IMG/VR virus record: IMGVR_UViG_3300045988_116410
Coordinates: 1 to 43,385 of that record
DNA length: 43,385 nucleotides
Direction: 5' to 3' (one strand)
From: a virus
Shown here: positions 19,916-28,428 of the stretch, in pieces
Layout: every line of letters starts with the position of its first letter
How positions within the stretch are numbered: position 1 is the first letter of the stretch
Position numbers and translations under genes: made by a program
The notes under the pieces: model-generated
Databases searched by the model: none
What the model saw: the letters and a program-made list of their open reading frames with translations, nothing else
Told to the model about the DNA's origin: nothing

Positions 19916-20428
19916 GTGGGGTGTGTGCGTGTGGCTATTTTGTCTGATGTGACGTTGCAGGGTTTGTCGGATGGCGAGCTGAATGGTTTGTATCAGAGTG
20001 TGATGGTTGAGTTTGCTCGCCGTGACGCGTTGAGGGCGTCGCGTGAGGCGGCGGTGAGGGCGGCGCAGGATTTCGCTGAGGCGGTGAAGGATGAGCCTGC
20101 GAAGGATGTGTCGAAGATGGATTTGTCTGCGACGGTTGGTCCTGGTGAGCGTGTTCTGGTTGATGGTGACGCTTGGAAGAATGTGTCGGGCCAGTGGTTG
20201 TCCCCGTTTGCGCAGGGGCCGAAGGATTTTTGGCGCGGCTGGATGAAGTGTGACTCTGACGGCAAGGTTTTTGTTGGTGAGCATAAGCCGTGGGCTGCTG
20301 GCATGCACATTGCTGAGGGTGACCAGTGTCAGCATGTGGGGCGCGTGTGGCGTTGTTTGCAGGAGCACGATTCGACGGTGGAGCTTGCGCCGGATAAGGC
20401 CACGGCGTTGTGGCAGGTTATTGACTGA
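19916..20428 (+). CDS. minor tail protein with CBM5/12-like carbohydrate-binding motif
   Basis: C-terminal KPWAAGMHIAEGDQCQHVGRVWRCLQEHDSTVELAPDKATALWQVI resembles the W..G..Y..GD.V...G..Y.C...H......P.....LW pattern. Confidence 0.45.
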   Translation: MGCVRVAILSDVTLQGLSDGELNGLYQSVMVEFARRDALRASREAAVRAAQDFAEAVKDEPAKDVSKMDLSATVGPGERVLVDGDAWKNVSGQWLSPFAQGPKDFWRGWMKCDSDGKVFVGEHKPWAAGMHIAEGDQCQHVGRVWRCLQEHDSTVELAPDKATALWQVID

Positions 20429-20447
20429 CTTTTTGTAGGGGGTTGTT

Positions 20448-21473
20448 GTGGATTACGTTAATTTGAGTGCGGATTACGATATTTGGTCGTCTAATTTCAC
20501 GCAGGGGCGTGGTGGTTATGCGTTGAAGTATGTGGTGTTGCATCATAATGCGGGCGTGCGCATGAGTCACCAGGGCGTGTATGGCGCGTTTGTTTCTAAT
20601 GGCACGTCGGCGCATTACAATGTGGATGCGGATGGTTCTGTATGCCAGTATGTGCATGATTCGGATACGGCTTATCATGCGGGTAATTGGGCTGCTAATT
20701 GCCAGGCTATCGGCATTGAGCACGCGAACATTGGCGGCCCGTCTACGGGTTGGGCTATTTCGGATGAGACTGTCGAAGCCGGTGCGCATTTGACGGCTGC
20801 TATTTGTGCGGCGTATGGGTTGGGTCGTCCGGCTTGGCGCGAGAATGTGTTCCCGCATAGCGATTTCTTTAGTACGGCTTGTCCTGCGGCTTTGCGCGAT
20901 GAGCTGGCCGACGCGTACATGTCTCGCGCCCAGTACTGGTACGACCACTTGGGCGAGGCGGAAGGCCCCGGCTGGGTGAAGGAGGGCAACGGCTGGTGGT
21001 ACCGCAAGGATGATGGCTCGTGGGAGACGGGCTGGTTCCAGGTCAACGGCCAGTGGTTCCTCGCGGACGAGAAGGGCTGGCTCAAGTCCGGCTGGGTGAT
21101 CGAGGACGGCACCTGGTATTACCTGCATCCCACGCATGACACGAAGTTTGGTGTGATGGAGACTGGCTGGGTCAAGGACGGTGAGAACTGGTTCTATCTT
21201 GGCGATGACGGCAAGATGCGTACCGGCTGGCAGCTGGTGAAGGACAAGTGGTACTTCCTTGAGTCCAATGGTGTGATGCGTACTGGGTGGCTGTCTGAGG
21301 GCGGTCACCATTACTTTATGGACGACCATGGGGCGATGTGTACGGGTGTTGTTCGCACTCGCCTTGATGGTGCTTGTAGCGTGTTCGATGATCAGGGGCG
21401 TTTGGTTGTTGGGCGCGTGGTGTTGGAGCAGGATGCGCAGGGTGTCTTGCAGGTTGTGAAGGAGGTAGCGTGA
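20448..21473 (+). CDS. endolysin: N-acetylmuramoyl-L-alanine amidase (amidase_2/PGRP) plus C-terminal cell-wall-binding repeats
   Basis: HHNAG, AHYNVD, AYHAGNW..IGIEH and FPHSDFFSTACP motifs. The C-terminus has repeated GW..(D/E)G.W(Y/F)Y units of about 20 aa (choline-binding-repeat-like). Confidence 0.85.
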   Translation: MDYVNLSADYDIWSSNFTQGRGGYALKYVVLHHNAGVRMSHQGVYGAFVSNGTSAHYNVDADGSVCQYVHDSDTAYHAGNWAANCQAIGIEHANIGGPSTGWAISDETVEAGAHLTAAICAAYGLGRPAWRENVFPHSDFFSTACPAALRDELADAYMSRAQYWYDHLGEAEGPGWVKEGNGWWYRKDDGSWETGWFQVNGQWFLADEKGWLKSGWVIEDGTWYYLHPTHDTKFGVMETGWVKDGENWFYLGDDGKMRTGWQLVKDKWYFLESNGVMRTGWLSEGGHHYFMDDHGAMCTGVVRTRLDGACSVFDDQGRLVVGRVVLEQDAQGVLQVVKEVA

Positions 21474-21745
21474 TGAATGGTTTGTCGTCGCAGACGGTGT
21501 TTCCGTGGCGTGCGGTGGCGCGTACGGTGTTTCAGGTTGCGGTTGCTTTGGCGGCGTTGTTGCCGTTGGTGTTTGCTCAGGCGGGCGTGAGTGCTGCGGA
21601 GGCGTCTGGTTGGGTTGCGGTTGTGTTGGGCGTGTGCGCGACGGTGACTAGGGTGATGGCGATGCCTGAGGTTGAGGCGTTCCTGCGAGTGTGGCTGCCA
21701 TGGTTGGCGGCGCATGGCCCGGAGGTTGATGCTGGGGAGGGCTGA
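21473..21745 (+). CDS. holin
   Basis: 90 aa with two hydrophobic helices, directly after the endolysin. GGAGG lies 7 nt upstream of ATG 21473. Confidence 0.7.
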   Translation: MNGLSSQTVFPWRAVARTVFQVAVALAALLPLVFAQAGVSAAEASGWVAVVLGVCATVTRVMAMPEVEAFLRVWLPWLAAHGPEVDAGEG

Positions 21746-22077
21746 TGGTTATCGAGTTGTTGGCGCAGCCTGCGTTGTGGGCGGCGCTTGGTGGTCTTGG
21801 CGGCGTTCTGGTGACGTTGGTGACTAAGCGCGCGGACCATAATCTTGATGCCTTGAAGGTTCTCGTGGACAGGCTTGAGCATGAGGTTGACGGTCTGTCG
21901 CAGCGTGTCGCGTCGCTTGAGGTGGAGCGCGACACGTTGGGTCGCCGGTTGCGTGCGACGCTGGATTGGGCACACAAAGTGTGGCGTTGGGGTCACGCCT
22001 TGGTGGAGCTACTTCCTGATGGGGTGGAGGCTCCTCCGGTGCCTGAGGTTCCGCACGCGTTGGAGGATGAGTTTTAG
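21745..22077 (+). CDS. membrane-anchored coiled-coil protein (lysis accessory candidate)
   Basis: N-terminal TM segment (ALWAALGGLGGVLVTLV) then a heptad-like helix. 1-nt overlap with the holin stop. Confidence 0.55.
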   Translation: MVIELLAQPALWAALGGLGGVLVTLVTKRADHNLDALKVLVDRLEHEVDGLSQRVASLEVERDTLGRRLRATLDWAHKVWRWGHALVELLPDGVEAPPVPEVPHALEDEF

Positions 22078-22087
22078 TTCTCCCGCT

Positions 22088-22121
22088 GGGGGCGCGGCTG
22101 GGGTTTCCTGGTTGCGCCCCC
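22088..22121 (+). terminator. hairpin GGGGGCGC...GCGCCCCC after the lysis cassette
   Basis: 8-bp GC stem with an 18-nt loop. No clean U tract follows. Confidence 0.4.
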
Positions 22122-22162
22122 GCTGTCGTGCGGGTGTTTGTTGTTGTGGAGTGTGATGTGTT

Positions 22163-22420
22163 GTGGCGGCAAGGTTGAGTGAGCTACACGGGGCTGCAGG
22201 GGGGTCTGTGAGGCTCGTGGAGCGGCGTTTGTGCAAGGTGGGCGCGTTTATTCGTTCTCTGGATTCTGAGGATGCTGAGTGGCTTTCTGGGGCGTTGGAT
22301 GACCCTAGTGAGTCGTCGGCTGGTTTGCGTCGGACGTTGCGTGCGGCTGGTTTTGAGGTAGCTCGGTCGAGTTTGTCGGCGCATCGTAGGGGGGAGTGTT
22401 GTTGTTATGGGGTCGCTTAA
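22163..22420 (+). CDS. small HTH-type DNA-binding protein (putative)
   Basis: 85 aa ending ...SSLSAHRRGECCC. The pattern resembles small phage HTH proteins, but the evidence is weak. Confidence 0.4.
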   Translation: MAARLSELHGAAGGSVRLVERRLCKVGAFIRSLDSEDAEWLSGALDDPSESSAGLRRTLRAAGFEVARSSLSAHRRGECCCYGVA

Positions 22421-23228
22421 GAGTGTGCATGAGCGTGTGAATGCGCCGGTTGCGGCTGAGGGTGCGCGGGTTGATGCGGGTAATGGTGCTCGCATTTTGA
22501 CGTTGGATATTGAGTGCAGTCCGACGGTTGCTCACGTGTGGGGCTTGTGGGATCAGAATGTGGGACTGAACCAGATCGTTGAAGATGGCCGCATGATTTG
22601 TTTCGCCGCGAAGTGGTACGGCGACTCGCAGACAATGTTCTGGTCCGACGAGAAGGACGGGCACGAGGCGATGGTTGAGGCGGCGTGGAGGCTGCTGGAT
22701 GAGTGTGACGTCCTGGTGTCATTCAACGGCATGAAGTATGACGTGAAGCATCTGCACCGTGAGTTTGTGTTGGCTGGGTTGGGGAAGCCGCGCCCGTATC
22801 GGAATGTGGATTTGTTGCCGGTGGTGCGCCGGGAGTTTAAGTTCCCGTCGAACAAGCTGGATTACGTCGCTAGTCGTCTTGGCTTGGGGCATAAGGTTGC
22901 GCATGAGGGGCACGCGTTGTGGGTTGCTTGCATGGAGGGTGACCGGGACGCGTGGATGCGAATGGAAACCTATAACCGTGGCGATGTGGAGTTGACTGAG
23001 GCGTTGTTCGATAGGTTGCGTCCGTGGTTGTCGTCGGCTGTCCACCTGGGCGCGTGGACCCAGGGTGAGGGCCTGTCGTGCCCATCGTGTGGCGGCACTG
23101 AGTACGAGGAGTGCGGTGAGGCGGTGACTGCTGTGAGCGTGTTTGAATGTTTCCGCTGCTCCTCTTGCGGTGGCGTGTTCCGTGGGGCGCGTGCTGTGCG
23201 GCGTGCGTTGTCTCGTCGTGTGGCTTAA
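22407..23228 (+). CDS. DEDD-type 3'-5' exonuclease (RNase H-like fold) with C-terminal zinc ribbon
   Basis: ExoI LDIECSP, ExoII SFNGMKYDVKHL, ExoIII YNRGDVELTEALF. C-terminal CPSCGG...CSSCGG. Confidence 0.75.
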   Translation: MGSLKSVHERVNAPVAAEGARVDAGNGARILTLDIECSPTVAHVWGLWDQNVGLNQIVEDGRMICFAAKWYGDSQTMFWSDEKDGHEAMVEAAWRLLDECDVLVSFNGMKYDVKHLHREFVLAGLGKPRPYRNVDLLPVVRREFKFPSNKLDYVASRLGLGHKVAHEGHALWVACMEGDRDAWMRMETYNRGDVELTEALFDRLRPWLSSAVHLGAWTQGEGLSCPSCGGTEYEECGEAVTAVSVFECFRCSSCGGVFRGARAVRRALSRRVA

Positions 23229-23241
23229 CGCGCGGTAGGTT

Positions 23242-23287
23242 GGCGGGGGTGTGGCCTGTTTGGGTTGCGCTCCCGCCGTTTTCTTTA
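23242..23287 (+). terminator. rho-independent terminator candidate
   Basis: Stem GGCGGGGG / CTCCCGCC followed by GTTTTCTTT. Confidence 0.5.
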
Positions 23288-23404
23288 TGTTCTGCCTATC
23301 GTGTGACAGAGGTCATGCGGGGGTGGGGTGTTGCGTTAGGCTTGCAGTGTGGTAACGTTTGTTGTGCGGCAGTTGTTACCAACATGTTCGAGGAGTGATG
23401 CAAG

Positions 23405-23905
23405 GTGTCGCAGCGGAAGATCGTGGACGAGGATGAGGCTCGTCGCCTGCTGGTGGATGAGGGGTGGGCCTACCAGCAGATGATCGACCTGTATCGGGAG
23501 AAGTACGGGGTTGAGACGTCTACGTCTGTGTGGAGTCGTTTCCTCAAGCGTGCGGGTGAACGTCGTATGCCTGACGAATTGCCGCTGGCTGTTCCGTGGC
23601 TGATGCGCGGAAGCGACACGCGCAATGGGCATTACAGGACGGCCCTGCGGGCGCTGGCGACCATTGAGCAGGGCGGCGTGCCGGAGGGTGAGGGGCCGCG
23701 CCTGGCGGCTCGCCTGCGCCGCATCCTGGGGGCTGACAAGGTTGTTGACTATGACCGTGAGGCTAATGCGCTCGTGATTGTTCCTCGTCGTCCTGGCGTG
23801 GATAAGTGGTGGATTCGTGACCCGTTCCTGGATGATGAGGGTGATCCTGTCGCGGATTTGTCGCATGTGCGGGTGGCTGCTATTGAGGCGCATTTCGGCA
23901 TGTGA
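23405..23905 (+). CDS. hypothetical protein
   Basis: 166-aa ORF with protein-like composition, bracketed by terminators. Confidence 0.6.
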   Translation: MSQRKIVDEDEARRLLVDEGWAYQQMIDLYREKYGVETSTSVWSRFLKRAGERRMPDELPLAVPWLMRGSDTRNGHYRTALRALATIEQGGVPEGEGPRLAARLRRILGADKVVDYDREANALVIVPRRPGVDKWWIRDPFLDDEGDPVADLSHVRVAAIEAHFGM

Positions 23906-23930
23906 GGTAGGGTTTGGTTCTCCCGCTTGG

Positions 23931-23963
23931 GGGCTGTGACTTAGGTCGCAGCCCTCTTTTTTT
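23931..23963 (+). terminator. rho-independent terminator
   Basis: GGGCTGTGAC-TTAG-GTCGCAGCCC (10-bp stem with one G-U pair) followed by TCTTTTTTT. Confidence 0.8.
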
Positions 23964-24068
23964 GCGTGTTCCACTTGCGCGCGGCGTTTAGTTTGCGGTA
24001 GTGTTGCACTTGTTCGACCGACACAGGCGAACATTTCGCACACTTTCCATAGAAGGGAGAAGGCTCGC

Positions 24069-24971
24069 ATGGACGAGAAGCGGACCATTCGCAGGCTGTC
24101 GTATTCCAGCGCGGCACAGTACAGTGATTGTGCTGAGCGTTGGCGACTGTCCCGCGTATACGGTCTGGATAAGGCGACGTACTGGGTGACGTTGATGGGT
24201 ACGGCGGTGCATGAGGTGACTGAGGCGCGTGACCTTGATGAGGTTGGCCTCGCTACGGATAAGCATGTGCCGCTGCTGGGCGAGGATGTGGCGAAGGCGT
24301 TCGCGTTCGCGTTCGACCGGGAGAAGGCTCGCCGCCTGGAAGCGGGGACGACGATCAACGCGTCCGGTCGTGTTCTTAAGACTGGTCTTGGTAAGGGCGG
24401 TGGCCCGAACAAGAAGGACGAGGAGTGGGCCAGGCATTACGGGCCGATCATGGTTCAGAATTGGCTGGACTGGCGTAAGGCGAACAACTACAAGATTGCC
24501 TTGTTCGACGCGGCGGACGGGAAGATGGTCCCCGGCATTGAGCTGAAGGTGTCGCATCCTCTGGGCGGCTACCCGTATGTCGGCTACATTGACCGGATTC
24601 TCGTTGATGGGAATGGTGAGCTGCTTGTGGTGGACCTCAAGACGGGCAACCCCCCGCAGTCTACGACCCAGCTGAAGGCGTACGCGGCGCAGTTGCGTGC
24701 TGCTGGCGTGCCGGTTGCGAAGGCTGCGTACTGGATGGGCATGGACGGCGACGTCCTGGATTGGGTGCCGATGACTACCCGGAATGATGCTTACGTGGAG
24801 ACGTGGCTGCATAATGTGGGGCGCGGTCTTGAGGCGGGGATTTTCCCTGCGTCGCCGGGCATGATGTGTAAGGCGTGCCCCGTCCGAGAGTACTGCGCTG
24901 CTACTGGTGGTGAGCGTGCGGGTGAGATTCCGCCGATTACTGGCCCTGTTGAGTTTTTGGAGGTGGCGTGA
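24069..24971 (+). CDS. Cas4/RecB-family PD-(D/E)xK exonuclease
   Basis: GYIDRILVDGNGELLVVDLKTG core, N-terminal Cys (YSDCAERW) and C-terminal CKACPVREYC (4-Cys cluster pattern). RBS GGGAGAAGG. Confidence 0.8.
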   Translation: MDEKRTIRRLSYSSAAQYSDCAERWRLSRVYGLDKATYWVTLMGTAVHEVTEARDLDEVGLATDKHVPLLGEDVAKAFAFAFDREKARRLEAGTTINASGRVLKTGLGKGGGPNKKDEEWARHYGPIMVQNWLDWRKANNYKIALFDAADGKMVPGIELKVSHPLGGYPYVGYIDRILVDGNGELLVVDLKTGNPPQSTTQLKAYAAQLRAAGVPVAKAAYWMGMDGDVLDWVPMTTRNDAYVETWLHNVGRGLEAGIFPASPGMMCKACPVREYCAATGGERAGEIPPITGPVEFLEVA

Positions 24972-25522
24972 TGACTGTCCCGGAGATGTCCCCGTGGCGG
25001 GATGATGTGGGTCGTGCGACGGCCCTGGCTGTGGACACGCCCGCTGAGGTGACGGTGACGATGAAGGCCGGGGGTGGGTATGACGCGCCGTGGATGGTTT
25101 TCCGTGGTTCCGTCGCGTCGGTTGAGCGCGCCCTTGAGGACGCGTTCGGCTGGCAGAACTGGGACCACGAGAAGGTTCCAATGAGTGACGCGGTCCTATC
25201 CCTGGCGAAGGCCCTGAACGGCAAGTGGAACGTTGTGGACCAGCTCGCGGCTCGCGTGATCGTGGATGACGTGCCCGTGGACCTGGGTCTGCATGAGGGG
25301 GACGCGGATCGTCCGAAGGCCCCCACGGCGGACCCGCTGGAAAACCTCTCAGACAATGAGAAGAACATTTACAACCTGGTTGCCGACGCCTCGGATGTTC
25401 CGACGTTGCAGGAGTTGTGGCGTCGCTACGGTACGGCGATGAATAATCAGCCGGTCCTGGTGGAGGCGTGGAAGGCGCGAGGTCGTGAGCTTGCGGCTTC
25501 TGCGAAGAAGAAGGGGGCGTGA
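24968..25522 (+). CDS. hypothetical protein (recombination partner candidate)
   Basis: 184 aa, start overlaps the nuclease stop. Function not recognisable. Confidence 0.55.
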   Translation: MMTVPEMSPWRDDVGRATALAVDTPAEVTVTMKAGGGYDAPWMVFRGSVASVERALEDAFGWQNWDHEKVPMSDAVLSLAKALNGKWNVVDQLAARVIVDDVPVDLGLHEGDADRPKAPTADPLENLSDNEKNIYNLVADASDVPTLQELWRRYGTAMNNQPVLVEAWKARGRELAASAKKKGA

Positions 25523-25701
25523 CGGCGGTGGCTTACGATGAGCTGACTGAGCACTGGGTTGCGCTTCCGGTGGAGTTTCCTCTGAGCGTGGAGGAGCTAT
25601 ACGACCTTGCTATGGCGTTGCCGGATGGTAGTGAGGTGATGGTCGAGGCGGACGCGTGGCGGCGCGTCCAGCTGAAGGCCCGCATGAATCCTCGCGGCTA
25701 G
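25519..25701 (+). CDS. hypothetical protein
   Basis: 60 aa, GTGA overlap, RBS AAGGGGG. Confidence 0.5.
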   Translation: MTAVAYDELTEHWVALPVEFPLSVEELYDLAMALPDGSEVMVEADAWRRVQLKARMNPRG

Positions 25702-25712
25702 TCTGCGAGGCC

Positions 25713-25748
25713 GTTAGGCGCGTTTCTAACACGGTTAGTCGCGCTAAT
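25713..25748 (+). promoter_or_regulatory. nested palindrome GTTAG-GCGCG-TTT-CTAAC-ACG-GTTAG-TCGCG-CTAAT
   Basis: Read directly from the sequence. Allows three mutually exclusive hairpins. Sits at the boundary between the two codon-usage regimes. Confidence 0.4.
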
Positions 25749-25843
25749 ACAGGCCCCCTTGTTGGGGGGCTGTCACAGAACAAGAACAACAAGAAAACAC
25801 GAACACCCCCAAATGCGGGGTGAGAACACTAGGAGAATACATT

Positions 25844-26314
25844 ATGCAGCGTGTCGTCAAGATGCCTAACACCTCGTCCTACTTCCGTACCAAGGATGTG
25901 GAGAACGCCCGCGCCATCCTCGTCGTCCCCCACAAGGTGAGTTTCGACGTCCCCACAAACTTCAACGGCATGGCGGGCACTCGCCACGAGGTTGAGATGG
26001 ACGCGTGGGTTTTCCACACTCAGTCCGACGTCGAGAACGGTACGCCCGAGGAAATGCTGGGCGTGATTTGGGGCGCAAACAAGGGTATCGCCCGCGCTCT
26101 GAACGGTCAGATTGGCAACCTGGTTGGCCCGTTCCGTATCGTGAAGGAATCGCAGAACGGTAAGTCGTTCTGGACGACCGTGGACCTGGGCGAGGGCGAG
26201 CCCGCGTGGAAGCCGGTCAACGACTTTGCGGACGCCCTGTGTGCGAAGATGAGCGCCACGCCGGACGCCCCGGCTTTCAATGACGAGCCGCTTATGCCGA
26301 ATTTCGGGGCCTGA
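25844..26314 (+). CDS. hypothetical, likely highly expressed protein (ssDNA-binding candidate, speculative)
   Basis: ATG 25844 after AGGAG. Almost exclusively C-ending codons and CTG/CTC Leu. The C-terminal tail FNDEPLMPNF is loosely SSB-tip-like. Confidence 0.6.
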   Translation: MQRVVKMPNTSSYFRTKDVENARAILVVPHKVSFDVPTNFNGMAGTRHEVEMDAWVFHTQSDVENGTPEEMLGVIWGANKGIARALNGQIGNLVGPFRIVKESQNGKSFWTTVDLGEGEPAWKPVNDFADALCAKMSATPDAPAFNDEPLMPNFGA

Positions 26315-26322
26315 CCTAGCCA

Positions 26323-27144
26323 GTGGGACTGAATGTTTTCCAGTCCCTCCGTAAGGGCGTGTCCGGTCAGCAGCCGCTCCCCCGCGTTCCCGCGTTCAAG
26401 GAATTGTATGACGCGGGCGTGACCCCGAGGCAGGGGCAGGTGGTGATGGTTGCTGGCCGGTCAGGGTCGCAGAAGTCAGGGTTTGCCCTGTACTGGGTTG
26501 CGGCTATGGGTCTGCCGACTCTCTATTTTTCGGCGGATATGGCCCCGTTTACGGCGGGAGTGCGGTTGGCAAGTATCGCCACTGGTATGTCGTCTAAGGA
26601 AGTCGAAGCCATGATGGGCACAACAAGCGGGCGAGCACAGATCGAACAAGCGGCATCATCGTTGCCTATCGAACTGTCGTTTGGTTCCCCGATTACGTGG
26701 GACCAAGTGGAGGATGAGCTGAACGCTTACGTGATGCTCCACAACGAGTATCCCAAGGTTGTTGTGTTCGATAACCTGATGGACTTTGCCGGGTGCGAAT
26801 CGGACTACGAAGCGCAAATGGGAGTCATGCAAGATGTGATCGCATTTGCGCGCACTACGGGGGCGACGGTGATCGTTTTGCACCATGCGTCGGATAAGAC
26901 GCTGGATGCAAAGAGTAACCCGTGGAAGCCCCCATCGAGGGACCAGATTAAGAACGGCCTGTCAGAGAAGCCTGAGTTGACTCTGACGGTCGCACTGGAC
27001 CCAATCAACAAAGAGTTCTATGTCGCGTGCGTGAAACAGCGTGACGGATTTTGTGACCCGTCCGCGTCGCGTTACGTCGGCTTGGCGTGTGATCCTGCGA
27101 GGACGTGGTTTGGCGCTCGCGGGGGGAATGGAGTAGCGGCGTGA
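26323..27144 (+). CDS. DnaB C-terminal-like / RecA-fold replicative ATPase
   Basis: Walker A VAGRSGSQKSGFAL, Walker B KVVVFDNLMDF, and TVIVLHHASDK. Confidence 0.65.
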   Translation: MGLNVFQSLRKGVSGQQPLPRVPAFKELYDAGVTPRQGQVVMVAGRSGSQKSGFALYWVAAMGLPTLYFSADMAPFTAGVRLASIATGMSSKEVEAMMGTTSGRAQIEQAASSLPIELSFGSPITWDQVEDELNAYVMLHNEYPKVVVFDNLMDFAGCESDYEAQMGVMQDVIAFARTTGATVIVLHHASDKTLDAKSNPWKPPSRDQIKNGLSEKPELTLTVALDPINKEFYVACVKQRDGFCDPSASRYVGLACDPARTWFGARGGNGVAA

Positions 27145-27353
27145 GTGTGTTTACGAAAGCCCTGATTACAGTCGGCGCGGTAGCTGTCCTACTGCCTGTG
27201 GCAGAAGCGTGGCGACAGGTGGCCCGGTCTGCAGCCGGCGTTGTCGGGAAAGAACTGTCTGACTGGGCATGGGACCGGTATGCTGCCCGCAAGGCTGCTC
27301 GCCGCGCGGCGGGAGTAGAGGGCGACACAGCAGGGTCTGGCTCGTATCGGTGA
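27141..27353 (+). CDS. small membrane protein
   Basis: GTGA overlap. TM segment ALITVGAVAVLLPV. Confidence 0.5.
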   Translation: MSVFTKALITVGAVAVLLPVAEAWRQVARSAAGVVGKELSDWAWDRYAARKAARRAAGVEGDTAGSGSYR

Positions 27354-27401
27354 GCCTGCAGGACGCTCCCCTAAGTAACTGGAAGGAAATGTAAGTCTGT
27401 G

Positions 27402-27566
27402 ATGATTGTTTTGCTGTTGTCAATTCTTGCGACTCTAGTGTTTTTTGCCGGATTGCCCTTTCTAATCATTTTCTTTGAGGCAGTAGGGGCCTGGTATGAC
27501 AAATGGATTGATCGTCTAGAGATAGCTGCGGAAAGATTCTGTCGGAAACACGGCTGGGATTTTTAA
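27402..27566 (+). CDS. small membrane protein (54 aa) in a low-GC island
   Basis: Hand translation: MIVLLLSILATLVFFAGLPFLIIFFEAVGAWYDKWIDRLEIAAERFCRKHGWDF. Too short for the ORF track. AT-rich relative to its flanks. Confidence 0.5.
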   Translation: MIVLLLSILATLVFFAGLPFLIIFFEAVGAWYDKWIDRLEIAAERFCRKHGWDF

Positions 27567-27575
27567 TCGGAAGGA

Positions 27576-27911
27576 ATGAAAATGAGTGTGACAACGATAG
27601 GCGTCATTGTGGCCCTGTGGTGTAACGCCGCAACTGGGCTTGTTCTCCTGCAAGTACAGGCGCAACTGCGCAACTTGCGTAAGGCGTGGGTGCGAATCGA
27701 AGCATCCGACTTGGACCACGGGCTGCGCCTAACCGTCGTAGAAAAGCAGGCGCGAGAGACGCGTGCGGGAGTGCGTGAACTGTCTCGAACAGTCGGCATG
27801 ATCGACCGAGACGTGCAGGAGCTTACCAACGGCGCGTATGCGGGTAGCGGTGACGACCATGAGACCAGGTGCCTCGGCTGTACGGCTTGCATGAGGGGGG
27901 ACTGTAGCTGA
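27576..27911 (+). CDS. membrane-anchored coiled-coil protein with Cys-rich C-terminus
   Basis: RBS GGAAGGA. TM segment IGVIVALWCNAATGLVLL. C-terminal CLGCTACMRGDC. Confidence 0.6.
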   Translation: MKMSVTTIGVIVALWCNAATGLVLLQVQAQLRNLRKAWVRIEASDLDHGLRLTVVEKQARETRAGVRELSRTVGMIDRDVQELTNGAYAGSGDDHETRCLGCTACMRGDCS

Positions 27912-28018
27912 TGCCAGTATCGACAATGATCCTCCTCGCAGAGTATGCGATTATCGGCCTGATCGTCGGCTGGATGGGGCGCGGCCTGTGGGACGAGTGG
28001 AAGTGGGATAAGCGATGA
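27911..28018 (+). CDS. 35-aa membrane peptide
   Basis: Hand translation: MPVSTMILLAEYAIIGLIVGWMGRGLWDEWKWDKR. TGATG overlap upstream and ATGA overlap downstream. Confidence 0.45.
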   Translation: MPVSTMILLAEYAIIGLIVGWMGRGLWDEWKWDKR

Positions 28019-28380
28019 CAAACCGAAATAAGGCCAAGGGCACGGCCTGGGAAGCTGCCATACGCAAGTTCCTGCGAGAACGCCAGCTTGACGTCGAACC
28101 GCTCCGACAACTCGGAACAGTGGACGAGGGCGACCTGGTCGTGCGTACCCCGAACACGGACGCCCGCATCGTGCTAGAAGCCAAGAACCGGGGCCAGGTG
28201 AGCCTCCCACAGTTCTTGCGCGAGGCGGCGGACGAGTCCGCACTGTACGCCCACAACCGGGGCATCCCACAAGCAGACACATTCGGTGTCGCAGTGGTCA
28301 AGGCCAGGCAGAAGCCAACCGGCCAGGCGTACGCGGTCCTCACGTTGGAGGATTTCACGCGCCTCATGAAGCGCCTCTAA
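28015..28380 (+). CDS. PD-(D/E)xK nuclease, Holliday-junction-resolvase-like
   Basis: KGTAWEAAIRKFL ... VDEGDLVV ... IVLEAKN gives the E / D / ExK arrangement. 121 aa. Confidence 0.55.
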   Translation: MTNRNKAKGTAWEAAIRKFLRERQLDVEPLRQLGTVDEGDLVVRTPNTDARIVLEAKNRGQVSLPQFLREAADESALYAHNRGIPQADTFGVAVVKARQKPTGQAYAVLTLEDFTRLMKRL

Positions 28381-28428
28381 GGGGCGCAACACACAGAACC
28401 AGATCAACACACAAACGGGGGTGTCCAC

